Assembly: GCF_006345805.1 (NCBI RefSeq)
Contig: NW_021828051.1
Location: 1 to 34,859 of the forward strand
DNA: 34,859 nucleotides
Direction of reading: 5' to 3'
Source: Octopus sinensis
Lineage: Eukaryota
The notes under the pieces are model-generated. The model saw only the letters and a list, made by a program, of their open reading frames with translations, ran no database searches and was not told the DNA's origin. The position numbers and the translations under genes are program-made. How positions within the stretch are numbered: position 1 is the stretch's first letter; each line of letters starts with the position of its first letter. Positions 12,138-24,284 of this stretch are shown here, piece after piece.

Positions 12138-12470
12138 GGCCTCGTATGGGATGCAACTCGCTGGGACACCTTTTCTGCTGCTTCATCATTAACTTCGTGT
12201 GCTCTGGAGACTAAATCTGCAGCTAAGGAGGCTGAAGATTTAAAGCTATATCAAATATTCTGCTCTCTCGTCGAGGAGTTTTCCGTGGTGCCGATCGCGG
12301 CGGAGACGTCGGGTGCTCTCGGTCCAAAAACTGAAAAGTTCCTTCGCAAGCTCGGAGCCAAAATCTCAATGCGCCCCTCATGATCTTCGGTAGGCGGACT
12401 GGCTAATGCAACGGTTCTCGATTGCCATTATCCGGAGAAACAGTTTGTGGCAATCCGCCAGGCTACATAT
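12138..12470 (+). mobile_element. CRE-like non-LTR retrotransposon 3' fragment, a more divergent subfamily
   Basis: LVWDAT..DTFS...VVPIAAETSGALGPKTEKFLRKLG...WLMQRFSIAIIRRN, with frameshifts. Confidence 0.8.
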
Positions 12471-12784
12471 ACAGCGATACAAATAAACACGGCAAACTCA
12501 TTTTCTCCTCGATTTTTTCTATTGAATGATTGATTTATTTTAACAAAAATAGAATTTTTAGAAGACAAACATAACTTTAGCCTTTAAAAAAAATAAAAAC
12601 ACTTATATTTCGGACCGTAATTAAATCCAGTTTTGTCCAAACAAAATAAAAAGAGAACAAAATAAAATTCTCTATTTTTACAGAATTTTTTAAACCATTT
12701 TTTATTTTATTACACGTGTTGATTCTTGTTACATGGTTTTACAACTTACATTACAAGAAAAAAGCAAAATTATTACGTATTATA

Positions 12785-13135
12785 AAGTCGGAAAGTCATA
12801 TCGGGAAATAAGAAATTTGACCGGAAGATCTCTGAGTGCCATCTCGAGTCATTCGAAACTTTACCATGAATGATTCCTTCCAGAGAAAAAAAGGCTCAGG
12901 ACGAAGATTTAAACTTAACTCTGATGATCTCGGAATAATTCAACGTGAACAAAAAACTGACGTTGATTTCAATTCCGTAAAATGTGTTTGGAAATTTTAC
13001 GTTCTGAAACGGGAACTGCTGTCACATCAAAGATCACAGACAGTGAGGACTATTTGAAAAGACTGGACATATCGACGTTTCAGCCTACGAAAAGGCCATA
13101 TCTGTCGAAAAACACAAAAGACTAGACTTTCTCAT
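12785..13135 (+). mobile_element. Tc1/mariner transposase N-terminal fragment
   Basis: GKSYREIRNLTGRSLSAISRVI...RKKGSGRRFKL (HTH plus GRPR-like motif) and KRPYLSK. No DDE domain follows. Confidence 0.7.
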
Positions 13136-13915
13136 CATAAACATAATAAACATAATGCTAACTAAATTATCGATCTTAATTAAGTTATCAAAAAAAAAGT
13201 TCTTATGATGTAAAAGTAGCAAGTAGTATTCCGATAAGTATTGACTTTACATTCAGTAGGTCAATATCACGTGTTCTTACTAACATGGATAACTTAGTTA
13301 ACCAACATGTCGTTATGTGTTTCAATTTTAACGGAAGTCGCGTCTAGCGCTCGGTAACCGGTAGCGCCTGTGACATAATAAGGTATTTGATTTTATGTAT
13401 CGGTAAAGTTTTATTCCAGTTAACTTTACTCTCCGATTTTTAATAGCTCTCTACACGTCGTCCACATCTAGGGTCTCCGTTTGGATTGTCTTTTTGATGA
13501 GGGTGAACACAGTCTGGGAAGCTTGTCAGTAAAGATTAGAATTATAACTAATTGTTGGTGGAAAATCAAGACGTAAATGCACAAAAGGACAGTTGAAATA
13601 AGTAGACGAAAAAAAAGCACTTTTGAATGTCACGAATGCGAATGAGTGCTGTTATCAGGCCAAATTGGCCACAAAGGAGTATAAGTCCCACCGCATATAA
13701 GTGATTAACGAAAGTTTGAATAATTTAGCCCACTCAAGGTGTACTAATCTAATCTGAGAATTTTCAATGTTTATAAAAATCCAACCATGATCTAAGTTGA
13801 ATAAAGCCGTTTGAATTAGACAATTATTAGCATTGGTTTGAACATGGCGAATACTTTAACGTAGTTGTCCTTGATTATAACAGAGTACAAGATTTTCAAC
13901 CTAAACTTTCATAAC

Positions 13916-14289
13916 TTAGTAGAATTTATTGTTTACAACTGTCTATATATCAAAATAATATAAAATTACCTTTACTATATTCTTGCCTGCCTCATTCTTC
14001 ACTCCTATGGTATGACTGTATCCTTCCTCATTCGACCAGTCATCACTCCTATACTCTTGTGACCGCCCAGGTTGTTCTCTGAAAATGACTTGTCTTCATT
14101 TGGCACAACGTTTGTTTTTCCACTCACCCAGTCCCCCGGCTTGTTTTTATTTATGTGGTTTACTCCTATACTTTTTCGGTCTCCCGACTTGTCCTCATTC
14201 TTCACTACTATAGTCTTGCTGTCCCCAGGATGACATATAAAAAGTAAAACAATTAAATTAATAGAAATCACAAGCCAGCTTTTGCCGAT
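13916..14289 (-). pseudogene. Pseudogene of a small secreted repeat-containing protein
   Basis: Signal-peptide-like (I/M)GKSWLVISINLIVLLFICHPGDS with ATC where ATG is expected (14289). It has repeated (S/T)IGV(K)NE units, an apparent 1-nt deletion near 14043, a 27-nt GT-AG intron (13969-13943) and a stop at 13918-13916. Confidence 0.5.
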
Positions 14290-14529
14290 AGATTAAGAAA
14301 TTGTCAAAAAAATAATAGAGTTTTTCTAAAATGATTTTGTATATTTCTAAACGTACATTCAATGATAGAATGGTTTGAAAAAATAATAAAATATTAATTC
14401 TTGACATAATTATTAAATTGAATTCTTGATGAGGCTAACTATTTTTGGGTCATTTTTCTAACATATATTTGTGAACCTTTAAAATTCAAATCAAAGTCGG
14501 CAAAAAAGAACAAATTTAACTAGTTTATA

Positions 14530-15600
14530 TGACACGAAAAGTAATCAGCGATGGGAAGAGTTCACTAAAAAATTTGGTTAGCACCTAAAATATACAATTT
14601 TAGCAAAAAAATACAATCAGACAGAGGTGTTAAAAAGACGCCGTATTTTTCAAAATAATTTGGTTCTGATTGATAGACACAATTTGGACTTTAAAAGAAA
14701 TGCAACGTCCTTCCAGCTAGAAATAAACTCGTTTGCAGATATGGTTTTTTGTGCTAAAAATATTCCCAGACTGAGGATGAACTTCCAAAGCTACAAAAAT
14801 TAAATTATTTCGACACAAAAACATCTTTTTTCTCAGAAAACGAAAGAGATTTTTCGGAAAAAATATGACTTCCAATATCTTTTGACTGGAGAGACAAAAA
14901 TGTAGTCACAAACGTTAAAAATCAGCTTAATTGTGGATCATGTTATATATTGGGCACAGTTTGTAAATAAATAATTACTCTCCAGATTGCCAGTTTAGAA
15001 AGTATATATGCGATTAAGCATGGAAGCTGGTTAGTTTTAGTGAACAAAACGTGCTTGATTGCTGTGAGTATTGTGATGTAAAGGCGGAAAGGAAGTTACG
15101 TTTTTAAATATATCATTAATAATGGGGGAATCAGCACAACTGACGACGAGTACCCTTATCTGGATGAATTTATATGAAACTGTACTTTATAATAGAAAAA
15201 AGAATGCAAATATAAAATCAATCCAATAGTACTCACAAGTTATGTTAATACTTACTATCCGAATCAAAGGCATTAAGAACTTTACTGGAAATTGGTCCTA
15301 TTGTATTGGATTACACTTTGTATTCCAAAATATTTGGATTTTTATTCAGGAGGTATAAGTATGTAGCATTATAGGAATCTTTGATGATCCTAAATGTGAA
15401 TACTTACATTTAATGTGTCTCTCGTTGGATATGGGATAGATAATGGAAAAGAATACTGGATCATAAAAAACAGGTATTAAAATTAAATGTAAAAATAGTT
15501 GGGGTCGTGCTTGGGGGGAACATGGATACATCAGAATCGTAAGGAACATAATTTGCCAGTCGTGCTTGGAAATTCGACTTGATTATCCGCTTCTTGCTTA
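14530..15600 (+). pseudogene. Cathepsin L-like (papain family C1A) cysteine protease pseudogene
   Basis: I29 propeptide (RRIFQNNLVLIDRHN, INSFADM), FDWRDKNVVTNVKNQLNCGSCY, LVGYG and KNSWGRAWGEHGYIRI. It has a short GT-AG intron near 14963-14985 and several stops and frameshifts. Confidence 0.9.
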
Positions 15601-15649
15601 ATTAACTAAAAATAAGACATCCTTTGTTAAAATTTTAATTCGCATCATG

Positions 15650-15830
15650 TGACTAAGTCTTAGCAATTTGGTAAGACAGTCTAGGTGTGTTTGGATTCTA
15701 ACTAGGCATCGGTAATTTGCCGATGTGTTTAAATGCCTTACTGATGTCTATTGATGCCAGGATTGTTCTTTGGGTGAAGTGTAATTGTTTAGTTCATCTG
15801 CGCTGTAATCCGTTAGAGTCGTGGCCTAAT
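15650..15830 (-). mobile_element. Short non-LTR reverse transcriptase fragment
   Basis: ILASIDISKAF motif on the minus strand. Confidence 0.5.
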
Positions 15831-16159
15831 TTCTTCAAATCGCCTTAATTCTTCACGTGGTATATACAGAGGCCATCGGCTTGGCGTGCGAGTATTTAGT
15901 ATTTTTGATCAGCTCATATATATTATGTCACGGTCGGCTCATATGGGTGGGCGACACGTATGGCTCTACCCATTTATTTTTTAATTTTGATCGGCAAATA
16001 TAGTATTAAATATTAATACAATATTAATTTTAAAATATTATGGCAAACCATCAAGTTGCATCATATTTTTTCAATCCTTTTCCTTTTTGTTATTTAAGTG
16101 CTATTGTGATTTTTAAATAGAATTTACTATTATCCATAAATATGATCAACCGCTGACAT

Positions 16160-16450
16160 AGTATAGTATGGAGTTATGGGTGGCTAACGGCCATATTTCA
16201 GAAGTACAAGACTCTTTGAGAATTGTGCGTTTCCTGCTAGCTGATACAAGTCTCGTAGTGGAAATGAGGAGACACTATTCGGATAAATTTTCCACCAGGA
16301 TTAATACTCCTTAAGAGGACTCTCTTTCGGCAGTTCTCCTTACAATCTATTTGAAAGTCGAGTTAAAGGACGTTAGAAAAGAATTGCATCACTTTAATAG
16401 TCACTTTGGGCTGACGACATCAATTTTGTAGGATGTGGAAATTCCGGCAT
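16160..16450 (+). mobile_element. Non-LTR reverse transcriptase fragment
   Basis: RIVRFLLADTSLVV...EDSLSAVLLTIYL...WADDINF corresponds to degenerate PQG-SLSP and YADD regions. Confidence 0.65.
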
Positions 16451-16987
16451 TTTTCCTATGGCTCAACTCACTTGTTTTTTGGAGACAAAATCGTCTTTTT
16501 AGTGGCAGGTTTACAGAAAAGGATCCTTGTTGAAAAATTTCTTTTTGCCCTTACAATTGACGAGCTGAAATAATACAGATTGACGACATTAAATGTTATT
16601 TATTTTATTTTTTAAATGTTTTTAATTTATCGAATTAACTACAATAAATTATTACGCACGTTATATTATTTTCTTTTGTTATGCATGTATGCAGTTAATT
16701 CTTATTTTATTTTTTCGTGCTTTTATGTTTTAATTTTATATTTTTTGTTTTTTTTATTTGTTGACTATTAATTAAATTGATTACTGGTAAAATATCTTGG
16801 CATAAAGTATATTTTCAGTGAATTTGTATTCATTTTATCAATTAATTAATATACATTCATACAGACTTTTTTAAATTTATTTCTTTCTAGTATTTTATTG
16901 TTTATTTTGATTTTTTTATTATTTCGATTCTTTTCTACTATTCTGATTTTTTAATACACTCAACCGTTTCAAATTGGGCATTTTTGG

Positions 16988-17302
16988 TTACTTCAATTTT
17001 GTTGGCCAATTAGATTTAAAAATCGATAATCGTATAACCAAAATTTTTTTTATTTGAGAAAAATGTAAATTTTTAATTTCTCCATTATCACTATTTAGTT
17101 TCATGACCTCATAATAGTCGCCATTTATTGAGATGATTTTGTATAAAGATGTGTCGATATCGTCATACAAAGGTATATGACGGTGGGCCGGATTGCCATT
17201 ATTGTCATGTCTAACTACAACATGATTGCCGATTGCTAGGAATTCCTCGTCGTTTGGCCATTTTCTTTTTTGAGACATTTCTAAAGCTGCTCGAAGTGAC
17301 AC
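16988..17302 (-). mobile_element. C-terminal part of an integrase-type transposase
   Basis: KRKW...LAIGNHVVVRHD...DDIDTSLYKII...SQIKK aligns with 3070-3336 (RRKW...INIGDHVIIKHD...DNVDTTKYRII...SKIKK). Confidence 0.65.
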
Positions 17303-17519
17303 ATGTCAGAGCCGGACGCGTTACACTTGTGGACTTAGAAAAAAATTGAACAAAAAATTCAACTTTAATTTCTCAGGTCATTTTGTCAATAAAAAATTTA
17401 TAAATTGATAAATACCGAAGAGAGAGAGTTTATTGTAATTAACAGAGAAAGTGGCAGGAATTGAGGACGATGATAGGACGAGACTGATGCCAAGGCAACT
17501 GAACTCTTCTGAGCTTGTG

Positions 17520-18387
17520 TCCAATTCATCTGTCGTGAGCCAGAGTTGATAAAGCCGTAATCAGCCGTGTCCGGACATTGGCTGATCCTGAGTTGCCAAT
17601 TTTTTCGATATGACTATGGGTTCTTTTCCACGATATTGATTTGCTCATAGAGAAATCCATAATTAAAATATCATCTGCGTAAATGACCATCTCCATGTTA
17701 GGGAGATCCACTTGAGGAATGTCGCACTACATATTCCCTCAGCCTTTTCCAAGAGAGGTCCTTGGATCGCGACAGATCCGTAACCAATATGTCGTCCGCA
17801 TAGATAATTAGTAGACTCTCCGGATTTTCTGGTTTCGGGATGTCGGCAACGTATAAGTTGAAAAGTAGAGGGCTCAGGACCGACCCTTGATGCACTCCTC
17901 TCCTTAGATTGATTGTATCCGAGGTCCGGTTACCACATCTGATAAAAGACTTTCGCATGTGTAAGAAATTCTCTACCCATTTAACAGTCCTTTGCCCCGG
18001 ATGGATACTGATGATCCTTTCCAGGAGGCCTAGGTGCCAAACGCTGTCGAACGCCTTTGAGATGTCCAGACAAACAGCTGTCATCCCCATCTTGTGTGTA
18101 AGGGCCCTCGAGATTTGCGTTTCCAGTTGGGCAAAGCAGTTTCCACAGGACTTCCCACGTCGGAAACCCCATTGTTCTTTAGCCAGGTAACCTGACTCCT
18201 CCACGAGAATAGATAATCTGTTAAAGATTATACGTTTTATGATTCTTGATATGGAGCAGATGAGACTTATGGGTCGGAAATTTTCTGCACGGTCTTTAGG
18301 TTTCTCTGCCTTTGGAATCATTCGTACCACGGTTTTCTTTTTCTTTCTTCCTTCATTCGGGACGTATCCAGTCTCCCAACTGGGCAT
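17520..18387 (-). mobile_element. Non-LTR (Jockey/I-like) reverse transcriptase remnant made of two joined fragments
   Basis: FRPISL, EQWGFRRGKS, LDISKAFDSVWH, GVHQGSVLSPLLFNLY and YADD, followed by a second YADD-containing piece (17526-17711). Confidence 0.92.
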
Positions 18388-18389
18388 TG

Positions 18390-19350
18390 AAAAGTATCGT
18401 TATTATCTTGACTAGGCTTATCGGGGCCTTTGTTTCAAAAAACCCTTTTACTACGGAATATATTGACATTCCAGTTGTACAGGTTTCCAATAATTCGACA
18501 AACAATAAATCCTCATTTAATACACATTCATTATCGAAATACTAAATTTTATTAAAACTTCGAAAATCTCACAAATCCCATTAAAACAGGTTTACTATCT
18601 ACAATGACGCTTTCATCAATTTGTAATGAAAACTTACTTCGCTTCAGTCTTTCAATGAGGATTTCCTTTACATTGTCACCCATTTCATCAATTCTTCGAC
18701 GAATCGGATCATTGCTATGCATTGCATACATCCGATATTATTACTTCCAGTGATGGAATTATTACATTTTCTGCGATAGTATGAGAACTGGAAGTTTTCG
18801 CAATAATTTCAGCAATTTTATAAGAAGCGATGTGCGCACCACAACTACATTAAATAAATGTTAAATAACCACCATGTACTGGCTTTGTGAATAACGATTT
18901 GATCGTTTTCTTATTTTCAAAATTGTATTTTAAATTTTGAAAATATTCAATCGGCTTTGACATTTTTATCCGGGTGCTTGCGTTTTAGATGATCCTGTAA
19001 TCGTGATGGCTTCATCTCCTCATTTGAAAGAAGAACATGAAAATAAGACAATAAGGCTGTTTTGTATCTTCAGTACTTTGAATAAAACCATATTTTAAAT
19101 ATTCGTTTTGATAATGACGACTTTTCTTATTGGAGCGAGAAAACATCTTATACTTAAAGAAAACAAGAATGTAAAAACAGCCTGCTATTTTAATATAAAA
19201 TTTAAGGATAAACACTATAGAAAAATATTAATAAATCTGAAACATTATTAAAATTAACATGTATAAATACTTGTATTATATTAAATTCGAATATTTTATT
19301 AAATGTATTATCGCCCCCCTGTACAAAATTTTCGCCCCTAGGGGGGCGAT
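18390..19350 (-). mobile_element. hAT Buster/ZBED5-like transposase remnant, 3'-truncated
   Basis: YQNEYLKYGFI, EEMKPSRLQDHLKRKHP, ASYKIAEIIAK..HTIAE and FSLQIDES, plus a subterminal GC palindrome CGCCCCTAGGGGGGCG near 19332. Confidence 0.85.
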
Positions 19351-19699
19351 TCAAAAATCTAAATGCTTCATAATTTATTAAAATGTCAAAACAAGAATCT
19401 TCTGAAGAGAAAGCCTGTCTGCACAGTTCATTTGTTTTCTTGATGATTAGAAGAGCTAATTTTAGAGATTGAAACGAGAAATAGCAATGAGATCTGTCAA
19501 TTATTACCTTCCCCCTCACAACCTAAACCAAAATTTTCTACCTCCTTAAATAAAAATAAATTTTAAAAATTTTATCCTCCTTAGATCTATCAAATCTATA
19601 TCTGATATCTTTAATTTGGAAGATTTGCAACATATGATTTTGCTCATCGCCAACCTTTAATGGTGTGGAAAAACGGCACACTTCCACATCTGACACTAC

Positions 19700-20340
19700 T
19701 TTACGAATAATTTCCCTTTTTATTCCGAAGTAATGCGCATGAAATGGTATTCCATGTTGTCTGTGGAAATAACCAGGTTACAGAATCGTCGTCGAAAGCC
19801 AACAAGTCTTGATAATCTTCAAGGCAAACTTCATTCGGATATTTGGCTCCGATAAAAATTTCGAATGGTATTTTTCTTGTTGTCTCGTGAATGGTGTTGT
19901 TGTACATGAAAACAATTCGTTTAAGGCAGGTTAAATACTGCCAATTTATTCTCTGAAGCATTGTGTTGACGAAATCCACCTTTTTATTGATTGATTGAAT
20001 CTTAATGTTAAATTACCTTGTATCTACCTTTCACTTGACCTTGTATCCAAGGGGCACGAGGTCTAACCAAATATCTGTTTAGTGCCGAACTCGATGCACA
20101 TCGCATGCATTTTAGAATTTTTAATTCTCTACCATTGTCGGTATGCAGAATTGTTGGTGGTTGATATGCATAAAAATTTTCCGAAACAATTCAGTAATCT
20201 CTTCTTCATGTTTTGTCTTTGGCAATATCAACAATTCCAAATTTGGAGAATGAGTCAATGACCACAAGAATCCATTCATTAATTTATGATTCTTACCCAA
20301 GAATAACCATCATTTTTTGAAGAATACCGCCTAAGATCTA
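19700..20340 (-). mobile_element. Integrase core (DDE, rve) remnant, Ginger/Gypsy-integrase-like
   Basis: WILVVIDSFSKF, PPTILHTDNGRE, RPRAPWIQG and MYNNTIHETTRKIPFEIF. Confidence 0.85.
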
Positions 20341-20518
20341 TTAGATCCGCGATATATCTATCGCGCGATTTTTATACTAATTTCTTAAACAACTCAATTG
20401 ATTGGCTTTAAAATATCCCTATGCGGGATTCCCCCGTAAAGTAACCAAAAAATGCTCAGTTTTAATTTTTTAGTCAAAAATCAGTAAGTTTTTAATTTCG
20501 ATAATCTTGACATGTGTA

Positions 20519-21716
20519 CAGTGGGCGGCAAAAAAAAATCCGGTTTTCTTATTTTTCGAATTTTTCAATATAAATTTATATTATTTTTTTTTAATTTAGT
20601 ATCATTTTGAAATGTAAATCGAGTATGTTTTTAATTTTAAGTATTTTTTTATTTTTCATAGAGATATCTTGAATTTAATTTTAAAATGCGCAAAAAAAAC
20701 TCGGTTTTTTTAATTATTGAGTCTTTTTATTCTCAAAAATTTGAAATTGTTGTCATTTTTGTTGTTGTTGGATGTCGTGTATTTCGTGTATCGTCTCAAA
20801 CGAACAATTGGGAATTATCTGAAACAAAAGGAAATATATTCACGTGTGTGTCAAAAAAAACCGTATCTGTCTAAAATTAATATCGAAAAACGATATTCCT
20901 TGTCAAAAAAATTTATCGCACTGAATGACGTCATGGAAATCAACTATTTTTAGTGATGAATGCTGTTTCGAATTTTTAATCACAAAAAAAAGGAATTTTG
21001 TTATAGGAAAAACAACACACGTCTAGAAAAATCGCACTTATCTCCAACTGTTAAATTTGGAGGGGGAAAAATAATGGTGTGGGGATGTTCGGGTATTATG
21101 GAGTAGGCAATCTAGTATTTATAAATGGAACTAACTATGAACTCAGCAACTTATGTGAACATATATCAAATAATCTGTGGGAGTCCGCTGCGAAAATGTG
21201 CTTGAATGAATTCATATTCCTCACAAGACATGGCTCCTCCCACACATCAAAGATCACGAAAGATTTCTTTGCCGAAAGAAGCGTCAAACTATTGGATTGG
21301 GCACCGCAATCGCCAGATTAAATCCAATAGAACATCTTTGGGCATATTTAAAAGTAAATTGTACGAAATCCTCCAAAAAATATGCATGAGCTGAAAGATA
21401 AAATTATCGAAATTTGGGAATAATGCCGAAAGATCTAATACAGAACTCATAAACAGCATGCCGAGAAGGGTGTACGATGTTTTATTTGCTAAAGGACGGC
21501 ATATTAAATATTATTTGACATTTTTTTTAAAAAACCGGGTTTTTTTTGCGCATTGTAAATTTAAATTGGAAAAATACTCTTGAAAAAATAATGAAAATAA
21601 TCAAAATAAAAAAATAAGAGTTACTTTTCACTAAATTTTAAGATTAAAAAAATATTATATCGCACAATATAAAAAATAGAGAAATTAGAAAACCGGATTT
21701 TTTTTGCGCCCCACTG
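20519..21716 (+). mobile_element. Tc1-family DNA transposon (IR/DR type), defective
   Basis: TA target duplications at 20517-18 and 21717-18, about 30-bp TIRs CAGTGGG(C)G(G)CAAAAAAAATCCGGTTTTCT, and inner repeats near 20688 and 21530. Transposase motifs IFSDE, VWGC and WAPQSPD..NPIE are frameshifted. Confidence 0.95.
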
Positions 21717-21837
21717 TATGCCAAGGAAGGACGGACGACAAACATCGTTTATCAACAGGCGATAGAATAGGGTTACATTAAACCAGTAGTTTTATACATT
21801 CTACATAAACTTATAGTTGTTTGATGAAACAGGCCTC

Positions 21838-21882
21838 CGCAGGAGCTAGGTCGCGGTGAGCGAAGGGAGCTGCCGAGCTAGT
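21838..21882 (+). mobile_element. Candidate Helitron-like 3' terminus
   Basis: GC-rich hairpin TCGC-GGTGA-GCGA shortly upstream of CTAG followed by T. Confidence 0.3.
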
Positions 21883-22508
21883 ATTTGTATATTTACAAAA
21901 GTTTTATAGACCCGCTTATTCCATATATTTAGATGATAATAGACTAAGAAGCTTATCTCTACCAAAATGGTTAGAATTGTGCTCAGCCTTAAAATTCTAA
22001 TCAATAAGTTTACCTCAGTAGTTTTCATCTTTAATTCAGCTTCTTCAGTAGCAAAGAACCTCAAAAGATTCCCTTTTTTAAAATAAAGACTTTTTCTCGG
22101 TCAAATTGCAAAATCTTTGAGAAGCTTCTGATGCGAAACCGTTCTTTCTTTGATAGTCCTTCGTGTAAGCAGGCGGAATCTTTATAAATTTTAATTTTTA
22201 AAAGCATTTCTTTTGAAAATCCAATAAAAACCATTGTAACGTGCGATTTATTTATAATTAATTTTCCAATGAAAATTAAATCAAAAAATTGTTTTATTAA
22301 AAATAACAACTTGGGTCCCGGCTCCGGCGTGGTTCTGCCTCTTACCTGTCACAAACTTATCTTCAACAAAAAGATAAATTTGACACATTTACCGAAATGT
22401 ATCTAAAGAAAGCGACATGCTAATGGACGAAAATATTTTCAATCGGAACTCAACGTAATGGCATCTTTCAGGTGGAATAAACAATGTCATCGACTTCGAA
22501 GAGTTGAT

Positions 22509-22655
22509 AAAATTTCTTTAAATTGAGAACTATGGCGGATTCGTTAACAAAAATCTGGCGGATTCGAGAATTTGTAGGATTCGAGAAATTTTCTTAGTGA
22601 AAATGGCAGATTGGAGAATTTATTGGTTATAATTGACAGATTCGAGAAATGAGCA
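22509..22655. repeat. Dispersed repeat, copy 1 (GATTCGAGAA subrepeats)
   Basis: About 100-145 nt shared in direct orientation with 23711-23820. Confidence 0.85.
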
Positions 22656-23710
22656 CAAATAATTAGAAAACGTGGTTATTGGCACAGCACTATCCACACG
22701 CCACCTCATCGAGGTGAGTCGGAAGGTTGGGGACTGTCAGATGATTATCGACTAACTAAACGGGAGTAATCAACTTTGAATTGTTCTGGTTTTTTGACAT
22801 TTTTTTAGTATTTGGGTTATTTAGCTTTGCATATATTTATGGACAAAACTTTTAAAATATACGATTTGGAATCTCTGTGGGGTCCGATTATGAATCCCTG
22901 GGAATTCAAAAAGACTGATCAAAATTTTTACGAGTACGATTTCTTCCTGAAATATTAACTTTTTTAATTTTTTGTAATCTTTAAGAGGTGTAGATTTAAT
23001 GAGTTATTTTGCAGATGTAAAGAGAAATAGTACAAATTAGAGTAATTTGACTTTATAATAAAAAGATACCTTTTGATGATTTTTTTAGTCTGTTGGTAAA
23101 ATTAGTGATTTCTAATTGTCTAAACCAATATTATATGTACTGTGCATTACAGTCCTGAATATTTTCGAATTGCTATAAAGGCCGGATGTGGAATAAGGCA
23201 ATGATCAAAAACAAGTTGAACATCACAACCAAATTAGTCTTATTTTCTTGTTATTTTTTGTATCAATTACAAAGTGTGCTGTAAAATAGGTATTCCTATT
23301 AACTATGAAATAAGTGACAAATCTATAAGCTAAATCCTCCTACAAATCAGTGTCACATTTAGTAATTAAACAAAATTTATAAATTATTAAAGACCCTCAA
23401 AATAATAAAAATAAGTGTACGCCAGAAAGTCTCCAACGAGATCATTAGCTCTCACTACTTTTTATTGTTGAGAATTAAATTAATAAAATGTGTTTTAATT
23501 CATAAAAGTGGTTCTAGGTAGCATGCGGGTTTAAATAATTTAATGAATATTTTAAATGTTGCAACCTAGTGAGTGATTCCAGTTTTTAAATGCTTAAATT
23601 TCAACTCGCTTACTTGTCTTCTCCAGACAAATTCTAAAAAATTTGTTTTAATTGTTTCTACCAGCAAACTATGATTTCATAAAGTAACGCGCGGCACCTC
23701 TCTGTATTTT

Positions 23711-23820
23711 AAAATTTCTTTAAAATTGATTAGAGAATTTGTAGGATTCGAGAAATTTTCTTAGAGAAAATGGCAGATTAGAGAATTTATTGGTTATATA
23801 ATTGATAGATTTGAGAAACT
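23711..23820. repeat. Dispersed repeat, copy 2 (internally deleted)
   Basis: TTTGTAGGATTCGAGAAATTTTCTTAG(T/A)GAAAATGGCAGATT(G/A)GAGAATTTATTGGTTATA is shared with copy 1. Confidence 0.85.
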
Positions 23821-23831
23821 TTATTGTATTT

Positions 23832-24092
23832 TTAAGAGACATCTGCATTGATCGGCCAGGGTAGTAATAATATGTCTTGTTTTCTGAAATAGAGATTTTG
23901 TGGCATGGATAAGTCTTGTATTTCGTGGAGGAATTGTAGTTTTCTCATAACCAAAAGATCTTTGACCGGAAGGATACAGGATTTCAAATGAAGATAATCG
24001 ATGGAGTGTGGGCTAGGCAGCCAGTTATTGTGCGAAGGCCTGAATTTTTGATTCTTCGGAGTTTTTGAATATTTGATAAAAACATGTTTCAT
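23832..24092 (-). mobile_element. Possible LINE ORF2 C-terminal fragment
   Basis: HSIDYLHLKSCILPVKDLLVMRKLQFL resembles the post-RT thumb region of non-LTR elements. Weak. Confidence 0.3.
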
Positions 24093-24284
24093 GACTATGC
24101 CGGACTACCGTAGTTCATTGATGTTCTAACAAATTGTTTGTAGACCAGAACGAGAAAATTAATAAGTTAATAGAAAAATGATCTTAGTAATTCAACACAA
24201 TTTTTTTAAACAACTGGATTCTTTAAATAAAAGCAAATTTAAATTTAGTAAAAAAATAATTCAAAATTCCGATTTATTCGCATT

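Noticed and set aside
21830-21882. Resemblance to an HDV-like ribozyme (CTCC...TCGCGGT...GCGAAGGGAG)
   Set aside because: There is no room for the P1 3' strand or P4, and no L3 loop, so the nested pseudoknot cannot be built.
22541-23820. GATTCGAGAA repeats considered as a CRISPR-like array
   Set aside because: The units are short, irregularly spaced and lack unique spacers. The context is eukaryotic with no cas genes, and transposon subterminal repeats are more likely.
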